A stretch of DNA of 64,000 nucleotides, taken from positions 1,302,001 through 1,366,000 of the forward strand of contig NW_027140825.1 of assembly GCF_036365525.1 (NCBI RefSeq), read 5' to 3'. Below, one piece after another: positions 1-13,049 of the stretch; position 1 is the stretch's first letter; each line of letters begins with the position of its first letter. The position numbers and the translations under genes were made by a program. The notes beneath the pieces were generated by a model. That model had not been told where the DNA came from and searched no databases. It saw only the letters and a list, made by a program, of their open reading frames with translations. Source of the stretch: Heterodontus francisci (taxonomy: Eukaryota).

Positions 1-149
1 CCCCTATCACTCCTTGCCCTATCTCTCTGTCGCTGAGACTCTCTATATCTCTCCCCCTCTATCTCTCTCTGTCCCTCGTTCTCTCTGTCTTTATTTCAGT
101 TCCTTCAGGTATATGGATGTATTGGAGAGCTTGGGTTATTCTCCATCGG

Positions 150-460
150 TCCTTCCGATCCACTCAATCTGGGCCCATCATCATTTTACACACCTCCATT
201 AAATCTCCCCTCAGCCTCCTCTGTTTCAAAGAAAACAACACCAGCCTGTCCAATCTTTCCTCATAGCTAAAATTCTCCATTCCTGACAACATCCCTTGTA
301 AATCTACTCTGTACCCTCGCTAGTGTGATCACATCCTTCCTGTAATGTGCTGACCCGAACTGTACACAGTTCTCTAGCTGTGGTCTAACTAGTGTTTTAT
401 GCAGTTCCAGCATAACCTCCCTGCCCTTATATTCTATACATCAGCCAAAATAAAGGAAAT
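150..460 (-). mobile_element. Decayed CR1-type LINE 3' fragment
   Basis: Reverse complement resembles the ORF2 C-terminal region (YCVQF/GSAHYRKDV..LARVQ) seen in the other CR1 copies in this window. Confidence 0.6.
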
Positions 461-502
461 TACAATCGAAAATCCTGTGAGAAAAACAATCCATATCATT
501 AA

Positions 503-1450
503 AAAATATATATCAGCAATTGCGGACGACACAAAGGTTGGTGGAGTTGCGGATAATAATGAGGATTGTCAAAGGATACAGCAGGACATAGATCGGTTGC
601 AGACATGGGTGGAGAAATAGCAGATGGAGTTTAATCCGGACAAATGTGAGGTAATGTATTTTGGAAGGTCTAATGCAGGTGGGAGGTATACAGTAAATGG
701 CAGAACCCTTTGGAGTATTGACAGGCAGAGAGATCTGGGCGTACAGGTCCACAGGTCACTGAAAGTGGCAACGCCGGTGGATAAGGTAGTCAAGAAGGCA
801 GACGGCATGCTTGCCTTCATCAGTCAGGGCATAGAGTATAAAAATTGGCAAGTCATGTTGCAGCTGTATAGAACCTTAGTTAGGCCACACTGAGAATACT
901 AAATGAAATTCTGGTCGCCACACTACCAGAAGGACTTGGAGGCTTTGGAGAAGGTACAGAGAAGGTTTACCAGGATGTTGCCTGGTCTGGAGGGCATTAG
1001 CTAGAGGACAGGTTGGAAAAACTCGGATTATTTTCACTGGAACGATGGAGGTGGAGGGGCGACATGATAGAGGTTTACAAAGTTATGAGCGGCATGGACA
1101 GAGTGGATAGTCAGAAGCTTTTTCCCAGGGTGGAAGAGTCAGTTACTAGGGGACATAGGTTTAAGGTGCGAGGGGCAAAGTTTAGAGGGGATGTGCGAGG
1201 CAAATTTTTTGCAGAGGGTGGTGAGTGCCTGGAACTTGCTGCCAGGGGAGGTGGTGGAAGCAGATACGATAGTGACATTTAAGAGAAATCTTGACAAATA
1301 TATGAATAGGAAGGGAATAGAGGGATATGGGCCCCGGAAGTGCAGAAGATGTTAGTTTCGGCAGGCATCTAGTTCGGCGCAGGCTTGGAGGGCCGAATGG
1401 CCTGTTCCTGTGCTGTACTGTTCTTTGTTCTTTGTTCTTTATTTGTTCTT
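503..1450 (+). mobile_element. 5'-truncated CR1 LINE (RT C-terminus, 3' UTR, (TGTTCTT)n tail)
   Basis: ORFs give ADDTKVGG, FNPDKCEVM, RDLGVQVH, LYRTLVRPH, LGLFSLE, RGHRFKV; ends in tgttctt repeats; near-identical copy at 61188-61878. Confidence 0.9.
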
Positions 1451-2466
1451 TGCAACACAAGTGTGATTTATTAAACTTTAACACAACAATGTTTGTTACT
1501 CAGTCGTGTAAAGTGCATTGCACTGTTACTGACCTTTACTCCAATCCCTCAATCCCACTTCATCTCGGGGAGATTGTTATAAGATTCACCCCATCCTTAC
1601 AAACATAAATATTACCCACATCAAACCAGTGCAATTAGAAATTGTACACAGCTGCTGATAGGTAGTAACAAGACCGAAGGGAATGTTCAGTCTTCCATCT
1701 CTAACCCAGGCAAATATATGTCTTCATTTATACTGATATCTGTCTGTCTGTCTGAATGGAATCAGATAGAGGCCAGACCTCTCCAATAACAACATTGTTT
1801 GACCATTTCACTTTTTATGGCAGACAGAAAGTTTTCATCTACCTTGTCTCTATTATTCTGCAGTGATGTCCTGGAACTGAGATGATTGACCTCCAACAAC
1901 CACAACCATCTTCCTTTGTGCTCAGTATAATTCCAACCAGCAGATTCCCACTGACTTCAGTTTTACTCGGTCTCCTCGCTGTCACACTCGGTCAAACGCG
2001 GCATTGATGTTAAGGTCAGTCTCTCTTTCCCGTAGCAGACAGGAGTGAATCGTTCCCTTTGACCCGTTGAGTCCTGAACATGCTCTGCTTCTTCACAGCC
2101 AGATAAAGGACTGTACACGGCCGATTAATGTAGCCCCTCAAACACTCCGAGTGCAGGTTCAGCTTAGGAACAGAGTACAGTTCCTTCTAAATTCTCTCTC
2201 TGTCTTCCTCTCTCCGTCTCTTCCTCCTGCTCTCTCTGACACTAGGAGTGAGACAGAGGGAGAGAGGGTTAGATATGCAGACAGAGAGCGGGCAGTAGAG
2301 AGGGACAGGGTTGGAGAGAGAGAGAGAGATTGTTGGGGTGGATTGAAAGGGAGAATGTAAGATATATGAATTTGATGTAATCCTTCACTGCTGTGTGCAC
2401 AAACATATAGGAGATAGGTATGGAGATGGAAACATCAGGAGAGATCCAGAGGCAATAGCCTCTATT

Positions 2467-4437
2467 TTAAACATCCATCAAGCTATTCCTTTCTCTTTCA
2501 CTTTCTCCATCACTTTCTCCATCAGCTATCACTTTCTCCATCAGCCTGCCATGGGGAACCTTATCAAACGCCTTACTGAAGTCCATGTATATGTCATCGA
2601 CAGCCCTTCCCTCATCAATCAACTTTGTCACTTCCTCAAAGAATTCTATTAAGTTGGTAAGACATGACCTTCCCTGCACAAAACCATGTTGCCTATCACT
2701 GATGAGCCCATTTTCTTCCAAATGGGAATAGATCCTATCCCTCAGTATCTTCTCCAGCATCTTCCCTACCACTGACGTCAGGCTCACCGGTCTATAATTA
2801 CCTGGATTATCCCTGCTACCCTTCTTAAACAAGGGGACAATATTAACAATTCTCCAGTCCTCCGGGACCTCACCCGTGTTTAAGGATGCTGCAAAGATAT
2901 CTGTTAAGGCCCCAGCTATTTCCTCTCTCGCTTCCCTCAGTAACCTGGGATAGATCCCATCCGGACCTGGGGACTTGTCCACCTTAATGCCCTTTAGAAT
3001 ACCCAACACTTCCTCCCTCCTTATGCCGACTTGACCTAGAGTAATCAAACATCTGTTCCTAACCTCAACATCCGTCATGTCCCTCTCCTCGGTGAATACC
3101 GATGCAAAGTACTCGTTTAGAATCTCACCCATTTTCTCTGAGTCCAAGCATAACATTCCTCCTTTGTCCTTTAGTGGGCCAATCCTTTCTCTAGTTACCC
3201 TCTTTCTCCTTATATATGAATAAAAGGCTTTGGGATTTTCCTTAACCCTGTTTGCTAAAGATATTTCATGACCCCTTTTAGCCCTCTTAATTCCTCGTTT
3301 CAGATTGGTCCTACATTCCCGATATTCTTTCAAAGCTTCGTCTTTCATCAGCCGCCGAGACCTTATGTATGCTTCCTTTTTCCTCTTAGCTAGTCTCACA
3401 ATTTCACCTGTCATCCATGGTTCCCTAATCTTGCCATTTCTGTCCCTCATTTTCACAGGAACATGTCTCTCCTGCACGCTAATCAACCTCTCTTTAAAAG
3501 CCTCCCACATATCACATGTGGATTTACCTTCAAACAGCTGCTCCCAATCTACATTTCCCAGCTCCTGCCGAATTTTGGTATAGTTGGCCTTCCCCCAATT
3601 TAGCACTCTTCCTTTAGGACCATTCTCGTCTTTGTCCATGAGTATTTTAAAGCTTACGGAATTGTGATCACTATTCCCAAAGTAGTCCCCTACTGAAACT
3701 TCAACAACCTGGCCGGGCTCATTCCCCAACACCAGGTCCAGTATGGCCCCTTCCCGAGTTGGACTATTTACATACTGCTCTAGAAAACCCTCCTGGATGC
3801 TCCTTACAAATTCTGCTCCATCTGGACCTCTAACACTAAGTGAATCCCAGTCAATGTTGGGAAAATTAAAATCTCCTATCACCACCACCCTGTTGCTCCT
3901 ACATCTTTCCATAATCTGTTTACATATTTGTACCTCTATCTCACGCTCGCTGTTGGGAGGCCTGTAGTACAGCCCCAACATTGTTACCGCACCCTTCCTA
4001 TTTCTGAGTTCTGTCCATATTGCCTCACTGCTCGAGTCCTCCATAGTGCCCTCCTTCAGCACAGCTGTGATATCCTCTTTGACCAGTAATGCAACTCCTC
4101 CACCCCTTTTACCTCCCTCTCTATCCCGCCTGAAGCATCGATATCCTGGGATATTTAGTTGCCAATCATGCCCTTCCCTCAACCAAGTCTCAGTAATAGC
4201 AATAACTTCATACTCCCAGGTACTAATCCAAGCCCTAAGTTCATCTGCCTTACCTACTACACTTCTTGCATTAAAACAAATGCACCTCAGACCACCAGTC
4301 CCTTTATATTCATCATCTGCTCCCTGCCTGCTCTTCCCCTTAGTCACACTGACTTCATTATCTAGTTCCTTACAGGCTTTTGTTACTACCTCCTTACTGT
4401 CAACTGACCTCAATTGGTTCCCATCCCCCTGCCACAT
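2467..4437 (-). pseudogene. CR1 ORF2 (APE endonuclease plus partial reverse transcriptase), truncated
   Basis: 656 aa ORF: NARS, ITETWL, YYRPPN, GDFNFP, SDHNSV, KSPGPDG, NYRPVSLTS, QHGF, DFSKAFD; lacks the PQG and FADD motifs. Confidence 0.9.
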
Positions 4438-5384
4438 TAGTTTAAACCCTCCCCAACAGCGTTAGCAAAAGCACCTCCAAGGACATTGGTTCCAGTCCGG
4501 CCCAGGTGTAGACCGTCCAATTTGTAATAGTCCCACCTCCCCCAGAACTGGTCCCAATGTCCCAAAAATCTGAACCCCTCCTTCCTGCACCATCTCTCAA
4601 GCCATGCATTCATCCTGACTATTCTTTCATTTTTACTCTGACGATCACGTGGCACTGGTAGTAATCCTGAGATTACTACCTCTGAGGTCCTACTTTTTAA
4701 CTTGGCTCCTAACTCCCTAAACTCTGCTTGTAGGACCTCATCCCGTTTTTTACCTATATCATTAGTGCCTATGTGCACAATGACAACTGGCTGTTCACCC
4801 TCCCCCTTTAGAATGTTCTGCAGCCGATCTGAGACGTCCCTGACCCGTGCACCTGGGAGGCAACATACCATTCGGGAGCCTCGTTTTCGACCACAGAACC
4901 GCCTATCTACTCCCCTTACAATCGAATCCCCTACGACTATAGCCCTTCCACTCTTTTTCCCGCCCTTCTGAACAGCAGAGCCAGCCACGGTGCCATGGAC
5001 CTGGCTACTGCTGCCTTCCCCTGGTGAGCCATCTCCCTCAACAGTATCCAAAACGGTATACTTGTTTTGGAGGGAGATGACCGCAGGGGACTCCTGAGCT
5101 GCCTTCCTGCTCTTTCTCTGCCTTTTGGTCACCCATTCCCTTTCTCCCTCAGCAATCCTAATCTGCGGTGTGACCAATTCACTAAACGTGCTATCCACGA
5201 CCTCCTCAGCATCGCGCATGCTCCAAAGTGAGTCCATCCGCAGCTCGAGAGCCGTCATGCGGTCTAACAAGAGCTGCAGCTGGACACACTTCCTGCACGT
5301 GAAGGAGTCAGGGTCATCAGCCATGTCCCTGAGCTCCCACATTGAGCAAGAGGAGCATGATACGGGTCTGAGATCTCCTGCCAT
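4437..5384 (-). CDS. CR1 ORF1 protein (N-terminal CxxC..CxxC zinc finger, coiled coil, SGNH/GDSL esterase domain)
   Basis: 315 aa ORF with CSSC/CRKC, VVGDSIVR, HIGTNDI and DGLHL motifs typical of the CR1 ORF1 esterase. Confidence 0.9.
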   Translation of the reverse strand: MAGDLRPVSCSSCSMWELRDMADDPDSFTCRKCVQLQLLLDRMTALELRMDSLWSMRDAEEVVDSTFSELVTPQIRIAEGEREWVTKRQRKSRKAAQESPAVISLQNKYTVLDTVEGDGSPGEGSSSQVHGTVAGSAVQKGGKKSGRAIVVGDSIVRGVDRRFCGRKRGSRMVCCLPGARVRDVSDRLQNILKGEGEQPVVIVHIGTNDIGKKRDEVLQAEFRELGAKLKSRTSEVVISGLLPVPRDRQSKNERIVRMNAWLERWCRKEGFRFLGHWDQFWGRWDYYKLDGLHLGRTGTNVLGGAFANAVGEGLN

Positions 5385-5563
5385 TTTTAATCTTAAGTTT
5401 AAACTTAGTTAAATGAAAAAGGAACGAAAAGTTTTTACCAATCACAATAAAACCAGAGAAATCGAAAAAGCCTTACCTTATAAACACCCCACCGAGTCCT
5501 TTTTTTTTGGTTAGAGGAGGAGGGCGGGTGGGAGACACTACAAGTGTGGTATCTCGGGTTCAG

Positions 5564-6526
5564 AAACCGCCCAAATATATAGTGTTTTACTTACCCAGCA
5601 GCCCCCTGGCCTCCGCGGAAAAACAAAAGGAAATTAAATTTACTTTCAAACTGACTTTCCCAGCTGCTCACTCGCTCACACTCTGCTCCCGAAAAAGCTG
5701 CTGCACTGAAAGGAAAGTTATTTTAAACCGCCCAAATATATAGTGTTTTACTTACCCAGCAGCCCCCGGCCTCCGCCGAAAAACAAAAGGATTTTAAATT
5801 TACTTTCAAACTGACTTTCCCAGCTGCTCACTCGCTCACACTCTGCTCCCGAAAAAGCTGCTACACTGAAAGGAAAGTTATTTTAAACCGCCCAAATATA
5901 TAGTGTTTTACTTACCCAGCAGCCCCCTGGCCTCCGCCGAAAAACAAAAGGATTTTAAATTTACTTTCAAACTGACTTTCCCAGCTGCTCACTCGCTCAC
6001 ACTCTGCTCCCGAAAAAGCTGCTGCACTGAAAGGAAAGTTATTTTAAACCGCCCAATTATATAGTGTTTTACTTACCCAGCAGCCCCCTGGCCTCCGCCG
6101 AAAAACAAAAGGAAATTAAATTTACTTTCAAACTGACTTTCCCAGCTGCTCACTCGCTCACACTCTGCTCCCGAAAAAGCTGCTGCACTGAAAGGAAAGT
6201 TATTTTAAACCGCCCAAATATATAGTGTTTTACTTACCCAGCAGCCCCTGGCCTCCGCCGAAAAACAAAAGGATTTTAAATTTACTTTCAAACTGACTTT
6301 CCCAGCTGCTCACTCGCTCACACTCTGCTCCCGAAAAAGCTGCTGCACTGAAAGGAAAGTTATTTTAAACCGCCCAAATATATAGTGTTTTACTTACCCA
6401 GCAGCCCCCGGCCTCCGCCGAAAAACAAAAGGAAATTAAATTTACTTTCAAACTGACTTTCCCAGCTGCTCACTCGCTCACACTCTGCTCCCGAAAAAGC
6501 TGCTGCACTGAAAGGAAAGTTATTTT
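5564..6526. repeat. Tandem array of 6 near-identical ~161-bp monomers at the 5' end of the CR1
   Basis: Unit start aaaccgcccaa at 5564, 5725, 5885, 6046, 6207 and 6367. Confidence 0.95.
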
Positions 6527-7000
6527 CAGTACTGAGGGAGTGCTGCACTGTTGGAAGGTCAGTACTGAGGGAATGTTACATTGTCGGAGCGTCAGTACTG
6601 AGGGAGCGCTGCACTTTCAGAGGGGCAGTACTGAGGGAGTGCTGCACTGTCAGAGGGTCTGTACTGAGTGAGTGCTGCACTGTCAGGATGCCCTCTTTCA
6701 GATGTCACATTAAACAGAGACTCCATCCTCTTACTCCCGTGGATATAAACGATCCCATTGGACTATTTTGAAGAACAGCAGGGGAGTTCTCCTTGGTGTC
6801 CTGGCCAATAATTATCCCTCCATCAACGTCATTAAAATAGATTACCTGGTCATTCTCACATTGCTGTTTGTGGGAGCTTGCTGTGCACAAATCAGCTGCC
6901 ATGATTCTTACATTACAACAGTGACTACACTGCAGCAAAACAAGCATTTCATTGGCTGTGACGCACTTTGGCAGGTGGTCGTGAGGGACGATATAAAATA
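6527..7000 (+). mobile_element. Deu-domain type SINE (shark SacSINE-like) preceded by a cagtactgagggagtgctgcactgt repeat
   Basis: agtactgagggagtgctgcactgtc repeats followed by ...ggggagttctcc..ggtgtcctggccaat..cattgctgtttgtgggagcttgctgtgc..cattacaacagtgactacact, recognised from memory as the shark SINE central/3' domain. Confidence 0.6.
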
Positions 7001-7879
7001 GCCTGTCAATAACTCCCTCTTTCTATTTGATATTGAAAGTCCAAGTGAATCGCTGTTTCACCTGGAAGGAGAGTTTGGGGTCCTGGACGGTTGCTGACAT
7101 ATTGAAGCACTTTATCGTGAGAATGATCTGTCTGGGACACTCAGTGTCCATTTATGTTCTAATATACACAGCCTATTGCTCAAAACTGACACATTACTGA
7201 TATGGGAGGTATTTATCCTGTGAATATTTTCTGTCGGATACTCAGTGTCCATTAATCTGAGAGGATACAGAGCACATTGCCACAATATGACCCAGTACTG
7301 ATGTCGTGCCAGTCAGATGAGTCTCACAGACTGAGGACAATGGACTGTTTAGATCAGAGGCACAGATAGGATCTCCCGAAAAGGCACCGGTACATATTCA
7401 GGTACATAGGCAAACAAGAGTGAAGACAGCCAGAGAGGGAGAGAGAGAGAGAGGGAGAGAGCAGTGAGAGTCGCTGTGTAACCAGGAAATGTGACATTGT
7501 GAAGCCTCTGCCCAGCTATCAATGGACCAGAGACTGACTGCTGGTCACACCCTAACATTGGGACAATGATGGGACTGCGATGGGCTCTGTATTTAAATTT
7601 CAAGTCAAACATTGCCAAGGGTGTATTTCTCGAAGCATTAATCTGTATATCTGAGGGAGTTATTGATAGGCTATTGTCAAATACTGACCCATTACTGATA
7701 TGGCTGGGATTAATATCAGAACCATAGCTAGGGGCTGATGGATTCAAACATGGAATTCTGGGAAAGCTGGGCACAGCTTGTTCCAGGATTTCGGAGAGGA
7801 AAGGGAGGTTGGAGATGGGTCAGTATTTTGTAAGGACAGAGGAGTCAAGGGTTGCTTCTTTTGAAGGAGTCATCGAGTC

Positions 7880-9320
7880 ATTTACGGCACTGAAGAAGGC
7901 CATTCGGAACATCGGGTCCATGCTGGCTCTCCACGGTGCTGTGCAATCAGTGCACTCCCCTGGCTCGATCCCTGTAGCCCTGTAAGTCTATTTCTCTCAG
8001 GTGGCTATCCGACTATCTCTTGAAGTCATTGATCATCTTCGCTTCCACCATCCTGTGGGCAGTGAGTTCCAGGTCATTAACACCCTTAGTGCAAATAAAA
8101 TTCTTCCTTATATTCCCTGCATCTCTAACCCAAACCTTCAACCTCCTTATTGTACCATTAGTTAATGGGAACCAGTTTTCCTTGTCTGAGTTATCTGTAC
8201 CCAATGCCTTTATTTATGAAGCCCAAGATCCCACATGCTTTCCTAACCAAGCTCTCACTATGTCCTGCCATTTTCAAAGATGTGTGCACATACACCCCCA
8301 GGTCCCTCTGTCCCTGCACACTCTTTACAACTGTGCCATTAAGTATATATTGTCTCTCCCTATTCCTTCTGCTAAAATGCATCACCTCACACTTGTCAGA
8401 ATGAAATTCCATTGGTCACCTTTCTGCCCATTCTGCTCGTCTATCTATGACCTGATCCAGGCAGTTCATATCATCTTCACTGTTTGCTGCACCTCCAGGT
8501 TTGGTGTGGAGAGCAAATTTTGAGATTCTGCTCTGTATTTCAAGATCCAAGTCATTTATATGTTGCAGAAAAAGCAGTGGTCCCAGCACTGACCCATGGG
8601 GGAACACCAGTGACTACCATCCCTCAGTCAAAAAAGCAACCATTTACTACGATTCGCTGTTTCCTGTCCTGACGGCACTTTTTCACCCAAATGAACACTG
8701 ACCCTCTCATCCATGAGCCTCAGTTGTGTTAACCAGCATTTTATGGGGTACCTTGTCAAACGCTTTCTTAAAATCCACATAAACAACATCCACCACATTC
8801 ACTCCATCGACCTTCTCTGTTGCTTCATCAAAGAATTCAATTAGATTAGTCAATAATGTTCAGCCTTTTGAAAATCCATGCTGGCTACCCTTAATTAAAC
8901 TCGAACCTCTCCAACCGTCTATTGATTTTTCTCTGATTATTGTTTCTAGAACCAAACCCATCACTGATGTTAAACTAAGTGGCCTGTAGTTGCTCGGACT
9001 GTCCTTACACCCTTTCTTCAATAAGGGTTTGCCACTCTGTCGTCTCTGGCACCTCCCCCATAACCAGGGAAGATTTGAAGATGACGGCAAGCCCTTCTTC
9101 TATCTCTACCCTCCACTTCCTTTCACAACCTGTGATGCAAGTTATCTGAACCAGGTGACTTATCCACCCAAAGCATAGCCAGCCCTTTTAGTACCAGCTC
9201 TCAATTGTTATCCTATCCATTGCCTCTACTCTCTCTGCTTCTATAGATAATTTTCAGCCTCCAGTTCCTTCGGGAACACTGATACAAAGTTCTCATTAAG
9301 TATATTAGCTTTGCCCTGTG
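7880..9320 (-). mobile_element. Decayed CR1 LINE ORF2 fragment
   Basis: Fragment ORFs NYRPLSLTS, QHGF, PHGSVLGPLLF, DKCEVMHF, RDLGVYVH. Confidence 0.85.
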
Positions 9321-9579
9321 CCTCAAAGCACATATTACTCTCTCCGTCCTTACTTGACCCCTCTTTACCTCTTACTACTCACTTACTATTTACGTGCTGG
9401 TAGAAGATCTTTGAGCCCCTTTTATGAATCTCCCTCTCCCCTTTCCACATTGAGGCTGAAATGGGCTTTGTTTGCAACAATTACATCATCCAGGTCTGAT
9501 CAGATACTCGGAGCTTTTGTGAACGAATTCCCATCAACCTCAACAAGTTGTGCAATTTCCCCATTTGTCAGTGTTTTAC

Positions 9580-10010
9580 CCCCTTCTGATGTTGTTCAAT
9601 TTGTTAGTGTTTTTCCCCTGCTGAAGTTGTTGCTGTATTTGTTGTTTTTTTCACTGAAGTTGTTGTTGAACCTGTTGGTGTCTTTGCCCAGCTGAAGTTG
9701 CTGCTGCATTGCTTGATGTACTTCCCTAAAGTTGTTGGTGAAGTTGTAGGTGTTTCCCCTGCTGACGTTGTGAGAATAGTAGTTGTTTTTTTCCTCCCCG
9801 CTTCCCCTAATGTTGCTGGATTTGTTGGTGATTGCTTCCTGAAGTTGTTGTTGGATTTGTTGGTGTAATCTTCCTGTTGAAGTTGTTGTGATGTTTGTTT
9901 TTAATTCTCCTGAAGAAGTTGTTGAATTTGTTGGTGTCGTTCTGCTCCTGACGTTGTTGTATTTGTTGTTCTTTTCCCCCATCCTGAAGTAGTTGTTGAA
10001 TTCCCCTGTT
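9580..10010. repeat. GTT-rich degenerate minisatellite (ctgaagttgttgttgaatttgttggtg)
   Basis: Directly visible; the same family occurs at 13700-14030 and, in the opposite orientation, at 11210-11895 and 49400-49570. Confidence 0.85.
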
Positions 10011-11209
10011 CCTCCTGAACATGTTACACTCACCACCCCTCATGACTCAGCTTACACTGTAACTGTATCCCTGAGTGAAATCTCTCTAATGTGCAGGTAA
10101 TATCTGCTTCCAGCGTCTCCCTGGGACCCTGTTCCACAGAGCGACCTCCTGCTCATTGAAATAACCTTTCTGCAGGTTCGTTTCCAGGTCAAATAATTAA
10201 AACATTAAGTAACTATTACAACAAAGAGTATTGTCCCTTTTCCCTCAAGGGGGCTGGAATAGAAAGCGCTGGATGTTGTGTTACTGTTGTATGCAGCTCG
10301 GATTAGACCCCTTCTGGAGAAACCATGTTCAGTTCTGTGCATCAAAACTCAGGAAGGATGTCTCAGCCTTGGAGGTAATGACACCAGGTCTAAAAGGGTT
10401 AAATTAGCTTCACAGTTTGCATGGCCTAATGTTATATTCTCTTAAGTGTAGGAGATTAAAGGGTGATCTCATTGAAATATTTAGGATGATTAAAGGATTC
10501 GATGGTGTTAATGGACAGAAACAATTTCCTCTGCTGGGGGAGTCCAGGGCAAGGTGGGGTGGGGCTGTTCAGGAGTGATGTCAGGAAACGCTGGTTCACA
10601 CAGCTGGTAGTGGAAATCTGGAATTTTCTCCCTCAAAAGCTCGACAGATGGGGGTGTGAGGGGGGTTAATCAGACATTACAAAGCAGAGCTTGCTAGATT
10701 GATGTTAGGTGAGGGTATTAAATGATATGGAACCCAGATGGGCAAATGGAAATAAGTTGTAGATGATCCATGATCTCCCTGAATGGCGGAACAAGCTTGA
10801 ATGGGCCGAATGGCCCATTCCTGCTGCCAGGATTTCTCATTTTCCTCTGTCAGGATTTGAGTGAGCTGGATTATCCAGGGTGGAAGCACTGACCAGAAAA
10901 GAATGGAGCAGCACGAGGTTTGGGGAATGCTGGGCAGACCCACCATGCACAGTCACATCCCTTCTGATACCATCCCTCAGCAATCATTTAAGAGTGAGTG
11001 TTCCCTCCCAGAACAAAAACACTGGATTTCCATGATCAGATGGGAAAGTCATTCCAGCAAAATCAAAACCTTCTTGAGACGGTCATACTCAGCGTTCATA
11101 GATGTGTTGAGCAGACAGAGACTGCAATAAAACTTTAAAGACACAGTTTACAATCAGATTTACAATCACACCGGGTGGTCAGGGAGTCAAACACGTTAAA
11201 AACACGTTA

Positions 11210-11895
11210 AACACGGAAAAACACCAAAACATTCAGCAACAACCTCAACAGGAAAAACACCAACAAATTCAACAATAACTTCAGGAGAAAAACAACAACA
11301 TCGAGAAAAAACACCAATAGATTCAACATCAAATTTAGCAGGAGACAAACAGGAAAAAATACAAAAACAACTGCACCAGAAAAATAACCCACGAACAAGC
11401 TCAGCAATAACTTTAACAGGAGAAAAATAAAGTACGAATAAAATCAACAACAACTTCAACAGGAGAAAAACACCAACAAAGTCAACAACAACTTTAGCAG
11501 GAGAAAAACACCAACAAATTCAACAACAACCTCAAGAGGAAAAGCACCAACAAATTCAACAACAAGAAAAACACCAACAAATTCAACAATAACTTCAGCA
11601 GGAGAAAACAACAACAAATTCAAAACAACAACCTCAACAGGGAAAACACCATCAAATTCAACAACAACTTCAACAGGAAAAACATCAACAAATTCAACAA
11701 CAACTTCAGCAGGAGAAAAACACCAACAATTTCAATAACAACCTCAACAGGAAAAACACCAAAAAATTCAACAACAACCTCAACAGGAAAAAAAGCAACA
11801 AATGCAACAACAACTTCAACAGGAAAAACACCAACAAAGTCAACAACAACTTCAGCTGGAGAAAAAAACAACAAATTCAACAACAACCTCAGCAG
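11210..11895. repeat. AAC-rich degenerate minisatellite (aaaacaccaacaaattcaacaacaacttcagcagg)
   Basis: Directly visible tandem units of about 37-40 bp. Confidence 0.9.
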
Positions 11896-12009
11896 GCTCT
11901 GCACGTTGTCTGTTCGTGGGATCTTGCCTTGTAGAAACTGGCTGCCACACTTCCTGCATTACAGCAGTGGCTGTACTTCGAAACAGTCGCAAAGAATATG
12001 GGAATAGCA

Positions 12010-12910
12010 AAACATATGAGATTAGCAAAACTGTGAGATCTTGGGCTTCATAAATAGCGGCAGAGCCTACAAAATATGGGAAGTTATGCTGAATCTTTAT
12101 AAAGCTCTAGTTAGGCCACAACTGGACAATTGCATCCAGTTCTGGTCACCACACTTTAGGAAGGAGGTGAGTTTCCTTGAGAGGGTGCAGAGGAGATTTA
12201 CCAGAATGGTTCCAGGGATGGGGGATTTTAGTTACAAGGTTAGGTTGGAAAACCTGGAGAAAATGAGATTGAGTGGAGACCTGATAGAGGTGTGCAAGAT
12301 TGTGACAGGTTTAGATGAGGATCACAAAGAAAAGCTGCTCCTCACCCAGGAGTCAGTTCCCCAGCTCCACTGACTAGTCCCACAGTGTTGGTGTTCCTGC
12401 TCCTCGCTCCAGCTGCAGGGAATTTACAGCACAGAAACAGACCATTCGGCCAGACACGTCCATGTAGGCCTTTTTGGTCCACACGAACATCGTTCCACGC
12501 CCTCTTCATCTCGCCCCCAGCCGCATCTCCTTCTGTTCCTCTCTCCCTCATGTCCGATGCAGCTTCCCCATCCCCCCAAGCTTAAATACATCTTGCCTAT
12601 TCCTCTCAGCCTGTGGTAATGAGTTCCACATTCTCCCCACTCTCTGGGTGAAGATGTTTCTCCCGAATTCCAAATTGGATTTATTGGTGACTGTCTTATA
12701 TTGATGACCCCTCCCCCTTTTTCTGGTCTCACCTGCAAATGGAAAAAATCTTCTCCACAATAATGTGATCAAAACCCGTTTCATAATCTTAAAGAGCTCT
12801 ATCAGGTCACTCCTCAGCCTTCTCTTTTCTGGAGAAAAGAGCCCCAGTCTATTCAGTCTTTTCCTGATCATTATAACCTCTCAGTTCTGATATCATCCTT
12901 GAACATCTTT
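12010..12910. mobile_element. Two short CR1 3' fragments in opposite orientations
   Basis: + strand LYKALVRPQL/FWSPHF (12041-12340); - strand LGLFSPEKRRLRSDLIE (12548-12871). Confidence 0.75.
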
Positions 12911-13010
12911 CTGTGTCTTCTTCATGTCGAAGACATGTTCACACTGCAGTAGATAAACCCAACAGGATACAGAGCTGCAGGCTTTTATCTGAAACAGGTG
13001 TTTCTGTTGG

Positions 13011-13049
13011 TGTTTTTGTTGAACTGCTCCATCTCTCTGAGTCACTGTG
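13011..13049 (-). other. 23-spacer RSS of V1
   Basis: cacagtg (13049-13043), 23 nt, acaaaaaca (13019-13011). Confidence 0.95.

Larger units (their letters stand above)
2530..6526 (-). mobile_element. Young CR1 LINE with 5' UTR, intact ORF1 and a 3'-truncated ORF2
   Basis: ORF1 and ORF2 are open and overlap at TAATG (4437); ORF2 homology stops in the RT domain after DFSKAFDKVPHGRL at about 2530. Confidence 0.93.

Noticed and set aside
9596-11904. Asn/Gln/Thr-rich or Val/Leu-rich ORFs
   Set aside because: They derive from AAC/GTT minisatellites and have no splice or domain support.
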